Virus record (IMG/VR): IMGVR_UViG_3300021426_000064
Location: 64,001 to 128,000 of that record
Direction: 5' to 3' (one strand)
DNA from: a virus
Taxonomy: Duplodnaviria; Caudoviricetes
DNA length: 64,000 nucleotides
Shown here: in pieces, positions 1 through 12,200 of the stretch
How the letters are laid out: each line of letters starts with the position of its first letter
Numbering within the stretch: position 1 is the stretch's first letter
The notes under the pieces: generated by a model
What the model saw: only the letters and a program-made list of their open reading frames with translations
Told to the model about the DNA's origin: nothing
The model's database searches: none
Position numbers and translations under genes: made by a program

Positions 1-1
1 A

Positions 2-3000
2 GCTATTAAAGAGAAGATGTATGATGTCAGCGGTATTGAAAAAGTATACAGTGGCAAGGAAAAAATAGAAAATCTCGTCGAGAAAATCACAGAGTCTATT
101 TTTGAGCCAACCAGCTTATTCAATCTGAAAGATAATAAAGTTACAAAAGCCGCACAAGACGAATTAGTTAAGCATGGATATTCCCCGTGGGAAGCAGAAG
201 AAATTATTCGTGACCGTGATAAGCGGATGGGGGCAACCAAGAGGTATTTGCGTAATGCTCTGACCCCGATTCTTAGTGCGGGTAATCAGGTAACGCACAG
301 GTTCGATTTAAGCAGAAAACGGCTTGAGCTTATTGATGATTCCAACGGCAACGTGTTTGATATTTCTTATCTGTTGCCGATAGAACGTTATGATTCTAAG
401 ACAGGCCGGTTCTATACACAGTTAGGCAATTCCCAAATTGCTACGCTTAAAACGCTGGGCCGTAGTATGAATGACGAAACCGGTGCGCTAGGGGATTTTG
501 GATTACGTACACAAATCGACATCGCGGCAGACCATTTGGCGCGATACGCAAGATACGCCAATAATACGGGGCGCACAGCAAGCGAAAACATCAGTACACT
601 GCAGTGGGTGATGAAAAAAGCAGTTGAGCTTATTCGTCCCGACAGTGTAACAAGATACGACCATCAGGATAAACGTTTTGGCTTGATGCTCGACTTTATG
701 CCGCTGGTAAAAGAGTTTGGCTATTTTAAGCAGACTGGTGCGTTTACCGACCTAAGCCTTAGTGAGGGGACAACTAAAGCTCTAAATGCCATGGCGAAGC
801 GGCTCGCAAAAGAAAACGAGAACGTAGAAGCCGGCAAAAAGTCTATGGCTGTTAACGATGTAAAACCGGATGAACTCGAAGCCATTTATAAAGACTTCGA
901 TACCATTTTCGGCGCCTTAGCAGAAGATAGTAAGTTTTCACAAGCTGTATTTGGCAATCTGCCACAAAGCAAAAAAGAATACGCACAATCCAGATTAGCT
1001 CATATCAACAGGCATGCCGTCAAAGATCCGAGCAGAGCGCTGGCTTCATTTACAAACACGGGGTATGATGCAACGGCTTTCGCTGGCAAAGATAATCGTT
1101 CCGTAACTGTTGCTACAGCCAGAGCTCGGACGATGGATGTAGACAGCTTCTTACGTGAAGATGAGAGCCGAAAAGAGCTTGTCCGTGGCGGCAGGATTCT
1201 CCTTACCGAAGCTGAAGAAGCCGACATAACGCATGGGCGCTACGGAACCATTCGCACGAGAGCACTGAATATTGATACTTCGGTTTACGAGTCTGTGATT
1301 GCCGCCCGCCTTGAAGACGAAGCAAGCGGTAAGGTTCAAAAGGTATTATCCAGCCTTAAGGATTCGGACGAAGTAGTCCGCTTCTTGAACGAGAACGGCT
1401 CAATAGCTAATCCGCGGCTTCTGCATTTATTCCCGAAAAATATTAATCAGAAACACCTGACGGATGGCCTTATTGATATAGATGAACTCCAAGGCACTGC
1501 AACTATAGAGGCAATAGAAAACGAGAAGAAGGTTCGTCGCGCCACAGAAGAAGTGGTAGAGCTTGTCCGGGAAGCGGATAAGGTCGCCTTCAAATATGCG
1601 GCTGACGGTCGCGGCTGGGAATATGTCCAGCGCGGTGATATTATTGCCTGGGATAAAAGTTATGCCGGTACTCCGTCAAAAGTACGAGCAGAGCGAGAGG
1701 GATATCTTTATAAGCGCTACTTCATGGGAGGACGTGAAGTAGATGAGGCCGAAATCAATGATGTACTCAATAAGCATTTTGACAAATTCAAAGAGTATGG
1801 CAGGGGTGTATCTTCTAAAACCAATGCTGAAATCAGGCAAATAGCGGCAGAGATTTTATCCGGAGAGGGGTACACACTCCGCTACATTGTTAAGTCTGGA
1901 GACGCTCTGGGGTATCAGAAGCTCATAGACAATAAAGAAAAAGCCGTAAACGACTTTTTACTGGCCGGTCTCGGTGAAGCTGATGAAGACATTAAAAAGC
2001 TTTTAGTCCCCAAAGAAGGCGGCGTGGCAAAAAAGGTTCTTCGTCCGTCACCAGAGGCCCTGAAGGATATCGAGCACTTTAATGCTTATCTGGAAGCGAA
2101 TGGGTATCGAGCAATTGACAAAAAATCTATTGCGGATTGGGGCGAATTTAAGAAAAAGGTTATCGCCGAACAGTCGGTTAAATTTGATGCGGTAACACAA
2201 TCGTTACAAGACGCTGGCTTTGTAGATAAGGACACAATCAAAAACGGCGTGAATCGTCTCGGCATTGTTAGCACGGCAATGCTTGAACAGATGAAAGATT
2301 CGCACCGAGAAAATGATCGTATCGAATCCCGTATTGCCGATGCAATCGACGCACATGCTAGAGCAATAGAAGCTGACGAAAAAGCTAAGGCTAAAGCAAA
2401 AGGGGTTAAGTATGCCGGTTCTTTTGAAGCTGCCTATCAAAAAGCATCCGAAGAGATCCTTGGCCAATTGCAGCAGAAAGCTGTATTTAAGGACAAAGAC
2501 GGCAATAATCTTCTCGCCGATTTGGACTTGTCAGCTGAAAGAAGGTATGACGGCATTGTCCTTAGCAATGATTTGTACACCGTCGATATTGATAAGCTGG
2601 ATAAAATCGTTGGCCAATATGTAAAAGAAAACCGCATTACGGCGGATGGTGTTAGCGAAAGTGTTCGAAAAGCAATAGCTTCTTCCATCGAGTACAACGC
2701 CGGTGTAGAGATGGATAAGAAGGAATCGGCGTTCAGGGAAGGCCGCCTATCGCAAGAAGCATACGATAAAGCAAAAGGCGATTTTCAGGATCAAATAAAA
2801 AAGGCTGAAAGAGTTGCCGGCGGTGACAAAAACGAAGTTCTTGGCTATCAAAAAGTATCAGGACTATCCGTAGCCGCAGATGCTGATGAGGTAGGCCTCA
2901 ATAACGGCAGCAACAGCAAAGGCGTAAAGATGACACGCCGTCTTGCCCAGAACCTTAACCAGGAGGTCATGGATGAGAAAGGGCTCGATTCGGTTCGCCT

Positions 3001-6000
3001 GGCTTATGAAAAGATGTTGCAGAATGCCTCAGGGGAAGAACAGCAGCAGGAGATTCTTGACCGCTTTAACAGGCGCTATAAAGACTTTGGTGTATCCGCA
3101 AAATGGAATGCGGAAGATGGCAAGCTGACGGCCACTTACAGCGAGCCGGGAAAGCTACATCGCATAAATGCAGACATAATCAAGAACATGGAAGAGGAAA
3201 TAATCCGTGGTCAGGGATTTGGGGCTATATGGGGTGATGGCGTTAGTACTGGCGGGGTTCGTGGTGTTATCATAGACGGGCATGTTCATGCAGATGATAT
3301 GCGCGAACTTAAACAGCGTGGCATCAGTGAGAAGTCCATCAATACAATGATTAAAGCTTATGAAGAAGCCCACGGAGCTAAAATCATTGGCATGAATAAC
3401 TTCCTTAACCAGTATTCTTATCAGTCCAGTGCCGCGGCCAATGAATTCAACGCCCAGATGGGAAAAGCCGAAACAGAAGCTGAGCGCGCCGAATTAATCG
3501 AACGATTTACCAAAAGCAATCCTGATTTTAATGTAAGAGGAATCTGGGAACTAAACACAGATAAGCAGTTCTTCCAAAATGACCCTCTGAACCCGAATAA
3601 TCGTAATATGATTATTGATATGGGCGAAGGCGCAGTTCAGCGCTACGTTGCCGTGCCAATGGAAAACCTCTCCATGATGGATGCAGCAAATGGAGAAGGA
3701 GTAATATCTGGTTCGGCTGTCCGCGACAATATTAGCAGCCTCCACCACTATTTTGAAGAGCAAAGATATCGCGGCGCTACAGTAAGCGAGTTTTATAAGA
3801 ACAAGTACAATGAAGGAATTAGTGATCTTTTAAAATCGATAGTAAATCTCTCGGTTCACAAAGAAGGCGCTGCAGCTCAGGTAACAAGCGATTATATTAC
3901 GGGGTCTGGCACATTCAAGGCTGATATTATCCGTATGACCGCAGACAATAATTTTGAGACTATTGTTCGTAACGAAGCGGGCGAAGTTGTAAACGGCAAA
4001 AAGAAAGCCTTTGGTTTGATGAATACAGCCAAAGTAGATGGAATGAGTCTTGCTGACCATATCAGGGCCGGGCACAATATTAACGCTACATTCCTTGGTG
4101 AAGATTTCTTTGTAAATGCCTTGCAGGATGACAGTTTGTCTGGAATCTTGGGACAACTCGGTATAAAGGATAATAAAAAAATAGTCAATGACTTCCTCGA
4201 TAATATAAACGATGGCGGCGGATTGGGCTTGCAGATGAGACAGCCTGCCGAGTATAATACGTCAGTTGGTGGTTCGTATTTATTCCTTGACAGAAGTCTT
4301 TCTCGTAACCAGGCAAGAATAACACAAAGTACACTTGCCGGCCAGAACGGCGATAAGGACGGTGACTTGGTTTATGCACTGCTTGCCCGTGCAGATGCAC
4401 AAATTAAAGTCACTGGTGTAAACGAGGACGGAGAAGAAGTTGTATTAAAATCCTTCAATGCTCGCATTAACAATCTGCAGAAAAACCTGATAGAGAATAA
4501 TCTGGATGCCGGGAATCTTGGTATTAAAGACCTGGAGAATTTCTCGGACGTAAAGATAAGCGTAGGTTTTTCCGGGAAAGACCCGTTTGAGGCATACGCC
4601 CGTTCAGCGGAAGTAATTGGTACGTCTTCACTCACAGGCGTAAAAAGAGATGTACTAACGCTTAACGACCTAGACAAAGCTATCAGGATCCGCAACGAAA
4701 AAGCAGAGACAATGGTTGCTGGCAGAGTTTGGAATTCAAATCAGTTGAGCGTGAGTGACCGCAACAAATTCAATGAAGCTTTTGAACAGGAAATTCAGGG
4801 CAGCAAGGAATTTAACCAAGCTATTGAGGAGTACAACAAAGAGAATGGTAAATCAATAACTGCCGAAACCCTGACGGCAGATAGTTTAGCTACGAATTCT
4901 GATGGACAGGGCATTGCAGATAGATACTTGAAAATTCGATACGGTAAAGACACTACGTCGGATGAGTATAATGCAGAGGCCGAAATTCTGGCCAACAGAG
5001 TAAATAAGCTGAATATGGATGATGAAATTGCAGCACATATGGGCAAAGAAAGAGCTGGTATTTTTAACATGAATACCTACCGCATGACCCAGGTTGCACA
5101 TATTATCCGCGATCACGGTTTAGACAATGGCTTAACTGATGCCGACCTAAACATAATTAACCAGTTTATGGTTCATGTCAAGGAAGCTGGTCAGGCTCCT
5201 AAAAACGCGACAGCGACAGCTTCCAGTCTGGAGGGGCTCGACACGGCGCTGAAAGACTTCTGGGGTATTGGCACGGGCCGGAATGGAGTAGTCTATCAAA
5301 AACAGGCAGACCCGACAAAGTTAAACGAACTCATTGATGAGGTTTACGCTGGAGGCATTAAGGAGTTTAAAAAACTTCCGGAACGGATGAAGGATCCGGA
5401 AACCGGCACTGTGAGTGCTGACAGGATTAAGGAAGCTTTCAGCCATCTTATGTCTGAGGGCAATTCCCTTAATGGCGAGCTTTACAAAGCTTTGCGTGTC
5501 GGCTATGCGATGGATATGTCATACACCAATATTGGTACGCCAGATGAAGGCGATATGCTCTACCGTGCTAATCAGATTAAAGATAAGTGGGTAGAAGACA
5601 TTGGGTTTGAAGATGCCAAGACGCAGCACGTCGATATTATGACAACTCCGTCAAGGATCGCGGGAACCTCTGAATTTAGCGACACACCGTATACCCCGGA
5701 CGAAATGATTGGAGATCTTCCGGAAGGCGAGCTGACAATGGGAGATCAGGTGCGAGGCCTGTTAAGTTCGATAAAAAAGAACTTCAAGGGGCATGGTGCG
5801 ATGGCCATGCTCGGTTTTGCCGGAGCCACAATGGCAATCGGTATGGCGGGTGGAGCACCTACCGCACCAACACCGACTCAAGGGCAGGCGCAGGGGATAC
5901 AGCAAGAAAATGCGATTTATGAAATCCCCAGCACGATGAGTATGCAGGGGGTTCAGAGCGGGGCTAACCAGTCATACATTATCAACGTAAATGCATCCAC

Positions 6001-6157
6001 AGATAAGGGGCGCGACTTTGCAACAAATGTAATTAATCAAGCGTTTGCCAATATGCCGCAAGGTGCCGGCGGCAACACCATGACTATGAATATCAAAGAC
6101 TCGTCTAGTAATATCGGCTACAGTGATATTGCTTCATATGTCTCAGACATGTTATAG
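2..6157 (+). CDS. Giant virion protein, 5'-truncated; tape-measure-position protein carrying a putative single-chain two-barrel (beta/beta'-like) RNA polymerase domain
   Basis: Frame is open from position 2 (no stop before ATG 17), so the gene probably starts upstream. Contains MRQP (R at nt 4238) followed 38 aa later by NGDKDGD (4346-4366), like beta' NRAP...NADFDGD. Weaker beta-like motifs are LNENGSIANPRL (~1385), EYVQRGDIIAWDK (~1619) and QKLIDNKEKAV (~1916). The C-terminus has a hydrophobic GAMAMLGFAGATMAIGMAGG segment. It lies just upstream of hub/spike/baseplate genes. Confidence 0.7.
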   Translation, partial: AIKEKMYDVSGIEKVYSGKEKIENLVEKITESIFEPTSLFNLKDNKVTKAAQDELVKHGYSPWEAEEIIRDRDKRMGATKRYLRNALTPILSAGNQVTHRFDLSRKRLELIDDSNGNVFDISYLLPIERYDSKTGRFYTQLGNSQIATLKTLGRSMNDETGALGDFGLRTQIDIAADHLARYARYANNTGRTASENISTLQWVMKKAVELIRPDSVTRYDHQDKRFGLMLDFMPLVKEFGYFKQTGAFTDLSLSEGTTKALNAMAKRLAKENENVEAGKKSMAVNDVKPDELEAIYKDFDTIFGALAEDSKFSQAVFGNLPQSKKEYAQSRLAHINRHAVKDPSRALASFTNTGYDATAFAGKDNRSVTVATARARTMDVDSFLREDESRKELVRGGRILLTEAEEADITHGRYGTIRTRALNIDTSVYESVIAARLEDEASGKVQKVLSSLKDSDEVVRFLNENGSIANPRLLHLFPKNINQKHLTDGLIDIDELQGTATIEAIENEKKVRRATEEVVELVREADKVAFKYAADGRGWEYVQRGDIIAWDKSYAGTPSKVRAEREGYLYKRYFMGGREVDEAEINDVLNKHFDKFKEYGRGVSSKTNAEIRQIAAEILSGEGYTLRYIVKSGDALGYQKLIDNKEKAVNDFLLAGLGEADEDIKKLLVPKEGGVAKKVLRPSPEALKDIEHFNAYLEANGYRAIDKKSIADWGEFKKKVIAEQSVKFDAVTQSLQDAGFVDKDTIKNGVNRLGIVSTAMLEQMKDSHRENDRIESRIADAIDAHARAIEADEKAKAKAKGVKYAGSFEAAYQKASEEILGQLQQKAVFKDKDGNNLLADLDLSAERRYDGIVLSNDLYTVDIDKLDKIVGQYVKENRITADGVSESVRKAIASSIEYNAGVEMDKKESAFREGRLSQEAYDKAKGDFQDQIKKAERVAGGDKNEVLGYQKVSGLSVAADADEVGLNNGSNSKGVKMTRRLAQNLNQEVMDEKGLDSVRLAYEKMLQNASGEEQQQEILDRFNRRYKDFGVSAKWNAEDGKLTATYSEPGKLHRINADIIKNMEEEIIRGQGFGAIWGDGVSTGGVRGVIIDGHVHADDMRELKQRGISEKSINTMIKAYEEAHGAKIIGMNNFLNQYSYQSSAAANEFNAQMGKAETEAERAELIERFTKSNPDFNVRGIWELNTDKQFFQNDPLNPNNRNMIIDMGEGAVQRYVAVPMENLSMMDAANGEGVISGSAVRDNISSLHHYFEEQRYRGATVSEFYKNKYNEGISDLLKSIVNLSVHKEGAAAQVTSDYITGSGTFKADIIRMTADNNFETIVRNEAGEVVNGKKKAFGLMNTAKVDGMSLADHIRAGHNINATFLGEDFFVNALQDDSLSGILGQLGIKDNKKIVNDFLDNINDGGGLGLQMRQPAEYNTSVGGSYLFLDRSLSRNQARITQSTLAGQNGDKDGDLVYALLARADAQIKVTGVNEDGEEVVLKSFNARINNLQKNLIENNLDAGNLGIKDLENFSDVKISVGFSGKDPFEAYARSAEVIGTSSLTGVKRDVLTLNDLDKAIRIRNEKAETMVAGRVWNSNQLSVSDRNKFNEAFEQEIQGSKEFNQAIEEYNKENGKSITAETLTADSLATNSDGQGIADRYLKIRYGKDTTSDEYNAEAEILANRVNKLNMDDEIAAHMGKERAGIFNMNTYRMTQVAHIIRDHGLDNGLTDADLNIINQFMVHVKEAGQAPKNATATASSLEGLDTALKDFWGIGTGRNGVVYQKQADPTKLNELIDEVYAGGIKEFKKLPERMKDPETGTVSADRIKEAFSHLMSEGNSLNGELYKALRVGYAMDMSYTNIGTPDEGDMLYRANQIKDKWVEDIGFEDAKTQHVDIMTTPSRIAGTSEFSDTPYTPDEMIGDLPEGELTMGDQVRGLLSSIKKNFKGHGAMAMLGFAGATMAIGMAGGAPTAPTPTQGQAQGIQQENAIYEIPSTMSMQGVQSGANQSYIINVNASTDKGRDFATNVINQAFANMPQGAGGNTMTMNIKDSSSNIGYSDIASYVSDML

Positions 6158-6164
6158 ACTTTAC

Positions 6165-6200
6165 AAAAGACCAGGGCAATAGTTTCTGGTCTTCTTTTTT
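6165..6200 (+). terminator. Probable intrinsic terminator
   Basis: Stem AAGACCAG (6167-6174)/CTGGTCTT (6186-6193) followed by CTTTTTT, directly after the TAG stop. Confidence 0.65.
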
Positions 6201-6223
6201 ATAGAAAACTCGGAGGAAATAAA

Positions 6224-9200
6224 GTGGTAACTGATTTTATAAACCCCGCAATCGGCTTGCCGGATATGGGGGATTTTTACTACGATGCACCTGATCAGGA
6301 ATCGTATTTTGGCGAAATGGATAAAAACCTCAACTCTGTTAGGCGTGACAGAGCCAATTCTGCGGAAGCGTACAGATTCTATCAGGAAGACCCTCCGCAG
6401 CCCGGCGCCGATGAACAGGGAAAAGTCTATGTTTTTGACGTAGAACTTGGCGCAAAAGGTATCGGCGATGACAGTGAAGAAGTGGCTGGCATTAAAGTAG
6501 ACGACGGCGACACGCTTGCAATCCCCGTCGGAAGTATTCATCCAGCCGACGAGAAAAGTGAAAAATACCTGAGCTATATAAAGGGGTATACCAGCACTCA
6601 TAATAGCAGTGGAGAGGCCACGGCTGTAAATGTTCGTTTTGCGGGACTCGATACAAAGGAATTGCCCCATTATCGCAAGATTGGCATGGACGAGCTCAAC
6701 CAAAAAGAGCTGTCTCAGGTAGACCTCGGCACAGCCCTTGGGAATAAAAATTATATGGTGTCCAAGTACAAAAGCTGGATGCAGACTCGCAAAACATTGG
6801 ACAAAGCTTACGACGGCTACAAAACCAAAGGCACGTTCTTTGACTATGCGCAGCCCAGTGATAGTGTTGTAAATGTGGTAAAACTGGACGACGATAAATA
6901 CCATCAGTATTTTTCTGATGGTACAAACGGCTATGTCCTTGTAGCAAATGCAACAAATGATTACAGTCCGGAAACCATTGCTGATGCAGGCATTGGTCGT
7001 GATGTTGTAGTAAATGCGCTAAACGATGCAGAAGCTATGCGTATTGTGGTGGATGGTACGCAGATTACCCGTGATGGCGGCAACATCAAAACAATGTTTA
7101 ACACAGAACTGTACGGATCGGGATTCGAAAATGAAGCAAGACGCCAATTAGATATGCTTTTTGACTCCTATACAAAACACCAGCGCCCCGGTTTTAATAC
7201 ATGGGGGCAGGATGCGTATGGCCGCTGTATTAGCGCTGTCTATGTCAAAATTAAGGGCCAGTGGATTAACCTTAACAAACTGGTTATTGCCGATACAAAC
7301 ATGACGGAGATTAACAAGTATAATGATGGCGATCAGGCTTCCACAGCAATTAATCTGGATAGCTACGAATATGACAAGAAAGCCTATGCCGATAGTTTGT
7401 ACGCCGACACGAGCAAGTTTGACGATCGTGAACAGGTGCAGAAACAGATTTTTGGACAAACCTGGAAAGCCCTGAAAGATTGGACGGTTACAATTGGTGA
7501 TGTGACGCTTTTTGTACCGCCGACCAGTATTCGCACACTTACACAGACTAAGGCTGAAAGAATGCCGCTTATCCGTGCAAAAGGGTCTATGGCAAAAAGC
7601 TCGACAAAGAACCAGCGAATCATTGAGATGGACTTGTATTTCAATGAAGACCGCGGCATTAACGGCTATGAATATAAAACCAATACCCGTCCGGATAATA
7701 AAGGTAAGAATGTCACATACTGGATGAATGGGCTGCGCGCGCTGTATGCTCAGTTTCGTGTAGCACCATTTTTGCCAATAGAAAGCTATTACATCAATAC
7801 TGTGTTAGGTGTAGATGCAGTTTCGCTTGTGAGTTTCTCCTGCGAGACGGTTCCTAATTTTCCTAAGCTGATAAAAGCCACAATCCAGTTGTCTGAGTTT
7901 GAGTATCGCATTTATATGCCGGAAATCCCCTTTGATGACGGCAGCGATGATGATACGGAGGTTCGTAATTACTTTAGTAAGCAGATAAACTATCCGCTGT
8001 TCCGCTACTATTACCAACGACTGCTGCGGAACGGCGAAGAGTTGAGAGGGGTTAAATTCCTCGACAAAAAGTACATCACCAGCACCTTTGGCAACAAAAC
8101 ATGCCTTGTCCCAGCTAACTTCGTAGATCCGTACATTCGATTCTATGTACCGAACAAAAATCAGTTGGAAAGATTAAAGAAGGCAAAGCTTGAACGCATG
8201 GCTCGCCCCAACACAGTTCGCGACATAACGAAGACTGAGCTTAACTTTGCCGATGAGATGGCAAAAGTAAAGAATGAGATAGATTATATTAATACCTCAC
8301 AGTCGCCACTCGATAAGGTCAATGATTATTTAAAGGCGCCGGAGCTCGATGGCTATGTTCTTGCTGGCGTTAACAACCGGATGGTGATTGGTAAAGCTGG
8401 CGCGGCCGGCACTTTTGTACCGGATGAAGAGAAGACAAGAGAATTAGAAAGCCTGCTTAGTGAGGCAACAACCTACTATGAAGTGGGACTTACTTCTTTA
8501 AAAAGAGAAGATGGCCAGCCTCTTTGCCAAAAACAAGGGGCAACAACATTCGGTCCGTCTAATTCTGACGGTTCTATTTACGGCGCCGACTTTTCAATCA
8601 ATGTTGAATATCCGGATATATCCGAAGACTCTCTTAACAACTTGAGGACATTATCTTCGATTTCAGGCGTTGCCTCTGCGGACGAAACCTTTGTTAACAG
8701 AAACCTTCGTCTTAGAATGTCTGTAGACTTTGGGGAGAGTAATCTGACGTATGCGTCAAATTTGTTAAAAGGCGCCGCGCTCGGTAAGGGCGAATCCTTA
8801 TTCTACTTTGATGTTAATGCAGACTCGAGCTTCTTAAATTTCCTTGCCGAAGTAAACAATAAACAGGGGGTAGGCGGTAACGAAGACGCTAACGGCGCAA
8901 AAGCGTTAGTTGATTTTGTAAGTTCTGCTACATTAGAATTTGAGCCGTATAATGATGATGAAGACTTCTTGGTAGAAGCTATTCACATCAACACCAGCAA
9001 CACATTTGCTCAGGTAACTCTGCAGGAAACGTCAGGGTATGCTCCTCAGTATATGGGAGGAACAGATGTATCTCTTCAGATTAGTATGTATACGCAGAGT
9101 AAAAAGGCAGCCTCTGCAATTAATGCGCTGCCGCATGTATCGGCGGAATTTGCCCGCAATTATCGATTGGTTCTGGCGGCGTGGCCATTAAAAATCGAAA

Positions 9201-12200
9201 CGGAGTTTACTAAGCTGTTTGGCATCACCGATGTAATGGTGGAAGCTTGTGAAGTGGATACGGTTCCGAATTATCCTGGGCTTTATCATATTACAATGAG
9301 CCTGGTATCCGTAGACAGGTCTCTGCGTAATAGAGAATCTCTACAACAGAAAGATATGAAAAACTTCCACAACCTGTCTGTGCAAGGTATCGCTCGTGAG
9401 CGCAGATGGTCCTACACGCAGATGACAGAATATCTTTCTGAGGCAGAATTGTATCCGGATCTTGAATTACCAACTCTTAAGGAGCTGGCAGAGAATGGTT
9501 TTAATTTTATCCGCTACTCAAATACAAAGCGTGTTTATCCTGATCCGGATTTCTACTTCACGTACAGCTATGTCTTAATGAGCCAGCTTATTCGAGAAGC
9601 TGTGCTTAATTCGCTTAACTCCGATGCGTGCCAGACGGTAATTAAAGATACGACGGGCAAGGAAATCAGCGGCAGTCTTGCAAACCGCATGGGCTCCTGG
9701 AATCGAAATTATGAATTATCCAGGGGGTGGGATAAGGACCTTAGTTCCGTATTCCAGAATGACGACCTTATTACCGCCCGCATTATTTCTGATTACGAGA
9801 ATGTTGCTGACGACGAACGCGATGAAACATGGACAATAGCACCAAATGTGAAGGTGGCCATGATGGAAAAGCGTATGCTTAACCGCATTAACGATTCTTC
9901 CAAGCAAAGCTATCAGGAAAAGAACGGAGCAAATATTCATTCGTCTACGACATATGATAATGCGGATGGAATAAAGAAACCAGTGACTGGTCAAACAACC
10001 GAAACCGATAAAGACGGCAATGTGACCGAGTTAAAGGATGCGCCAGACAATACCGGTAATACCGGATTGTCAAATGAAGACAATAAGGGAAATCTCGAAA
10101 GGTTAAAGCAGCAGCAACAGGATATCAAAGATGAAAAAGCTACAGGTAAATATTCCTCTGCCATGTATAAAAAGAACGAGGAAATTTCCAATCGTATAAA
10201 CGGTGTTATTAAACATTATCAAAACACGTCGATTGACGAAATGGGCGGCAGTATTGGAGATGCCGTACAGCAACTGGTTGCTGCGTTCAATACTTGCCCC
10301 AAATACAATAACTCGCACATAGAAGGTGTTCCAGGACAAGGCAGGAGCGAAATACCAAACGGGTTGTTTGGTAAAATCCCCGCATTCTTGGATGCGGCTG
10401 CTGACGCCATTTGCAGTAATAACGGTGTTGACTACAGTGAAGAGACGGCAGACCATTTAAACGCCGCCGCTACGGCATTTGGAGGTACAGTTGCAACATC
10501 AATGGGTGTCGGTGCAGCGATAGGTTCGGTTGCAACACCAGTTGGAACAGTAGCAGGTGTAGCAGCTGGTGCTGCAGTGGGAACAGTAGCTGGTACAGTA
10601 GCAGCTGTCGCATCGGTAGCGACAGGAGCGCACTCTAAAAATGAAAAAGCTCCGTGGAGACACAGCACTAAGTATCGCGGGCGGCTTAAAATCGATGGCG
10701 TAGAACAAGTGTGGGCTTTCGATGACAAGGATCCGAAAAAGGATTACAAAATCGAAATGATTGCAAAGAACGCTACCGAGTTTGGGTATTTTAACTTCAA
10801 GTTCTATACACCGGAAGAATTAGAAGACCGGTTTGGTTACTATGGCCATATCGAACGGGACGACACGGTAGAAAATAGCGAAACTGTTGTAGAGGCTCAT
10901 CCTCGTGTTGGAAGGTACTTGGCTGACCCGTATTATCGGTATGCAAACGCAGAAGTGCAAGAAGCGTATGTTAAGAAGTGCCTAACTGATTATGATTTTG
11001 CCAAAAAAGCATTCCTTAGAATCTGTATGCTGTATATGCAGGTGTTGGTAAGCTACAGCATTTTCCCGTCGTTCTCTTATGACGTAATGCGGGATGCTTT
11101 TACCAATGAAGAGAATATGCGAAAAGTTTTGGCTGGCGTTGAAGAACTGCGAGCAAAGAAAGCTGCAGAGGAAAGAACTAAATCCGAAACGCAAAAACAG
11201 TACGGCACGTCCAAGAAGTATTCTCAGAAAAAACAGCCAGGAGAAGTGAAAAAGGATGCTGCCAGCGTAGTATCATATGTTGGTGATGCCATCCCTGAGG
11301 GAGAAAAAGGCAAAGAAGCAGAAGGTAAGGATACAGAAGCCAAAGAAGGGAACGCACAAGAGAATAACGGCGATAAAAAATCGAGTACAGACAAGGCTGC
11401 TACCGAGCAAGCCACGACAGATTCTGCCAATGCTAAAAAGACGGCAGTGCTCAATAAGTCGTTATCGGATTATGCCAAGAAGATTAACGAGAACAAAGAA
11501 GCTATGGACAATGGCAAACTGTTCCTCATGTGCGCCATGGGTGTTGTCGATGGAGATAAGAATTTCCTTAAACTTCTTCTTAACAGAGAATACGATTCCT
11601 TGAATGCAATCGCAATGGCAGCATGTAGCGGAAAAACGTCTCCAAATAAGAAGGATGCTACGTACGAAACGCGCCTTCGGAGCTTTATTCGGGCATTGGC
11701 CGGTGAAAATGTTATTGACAACTCGTTGATTGGTTCTGGTGAAACTGAGGCACCGGCAGCCGTTTTAGGGGAGAATAACTCCCGTTATAACTGCTCGGCT
11801 GCTGCTGAAGACCCGACCATGTATATGGTGCACAGCTTCTATGATATGGTCGTCCATGATTGCCGTGGGAGAATGCTTCGAGCCTTCCCAACATTCTATA
11901 TGTTTTTCATTGATGAAGGACGCAAGATTGGTAAGTTCAGGCTTCATGACAACTTCTACAACATAAATGCAATCTCCAGTATAACGATTTCAAAGTCACG
12001 CAAAAACCCTACTGACGTAGCGGAAGTCGTAATGACCAACTTCTTTAATACATTTACAACAGAAGATGAAGATTTGAATATGAACTATTCGACGAATTTT
12101 ACGGATGTATTTAAATCTTTGTGGCTGCCTACCTTGCAGTCCTATGCTGTAGATGAAGAAGAGCGCCGCACAAACGCCCCTAAGGCTGAACGATTCAGGT

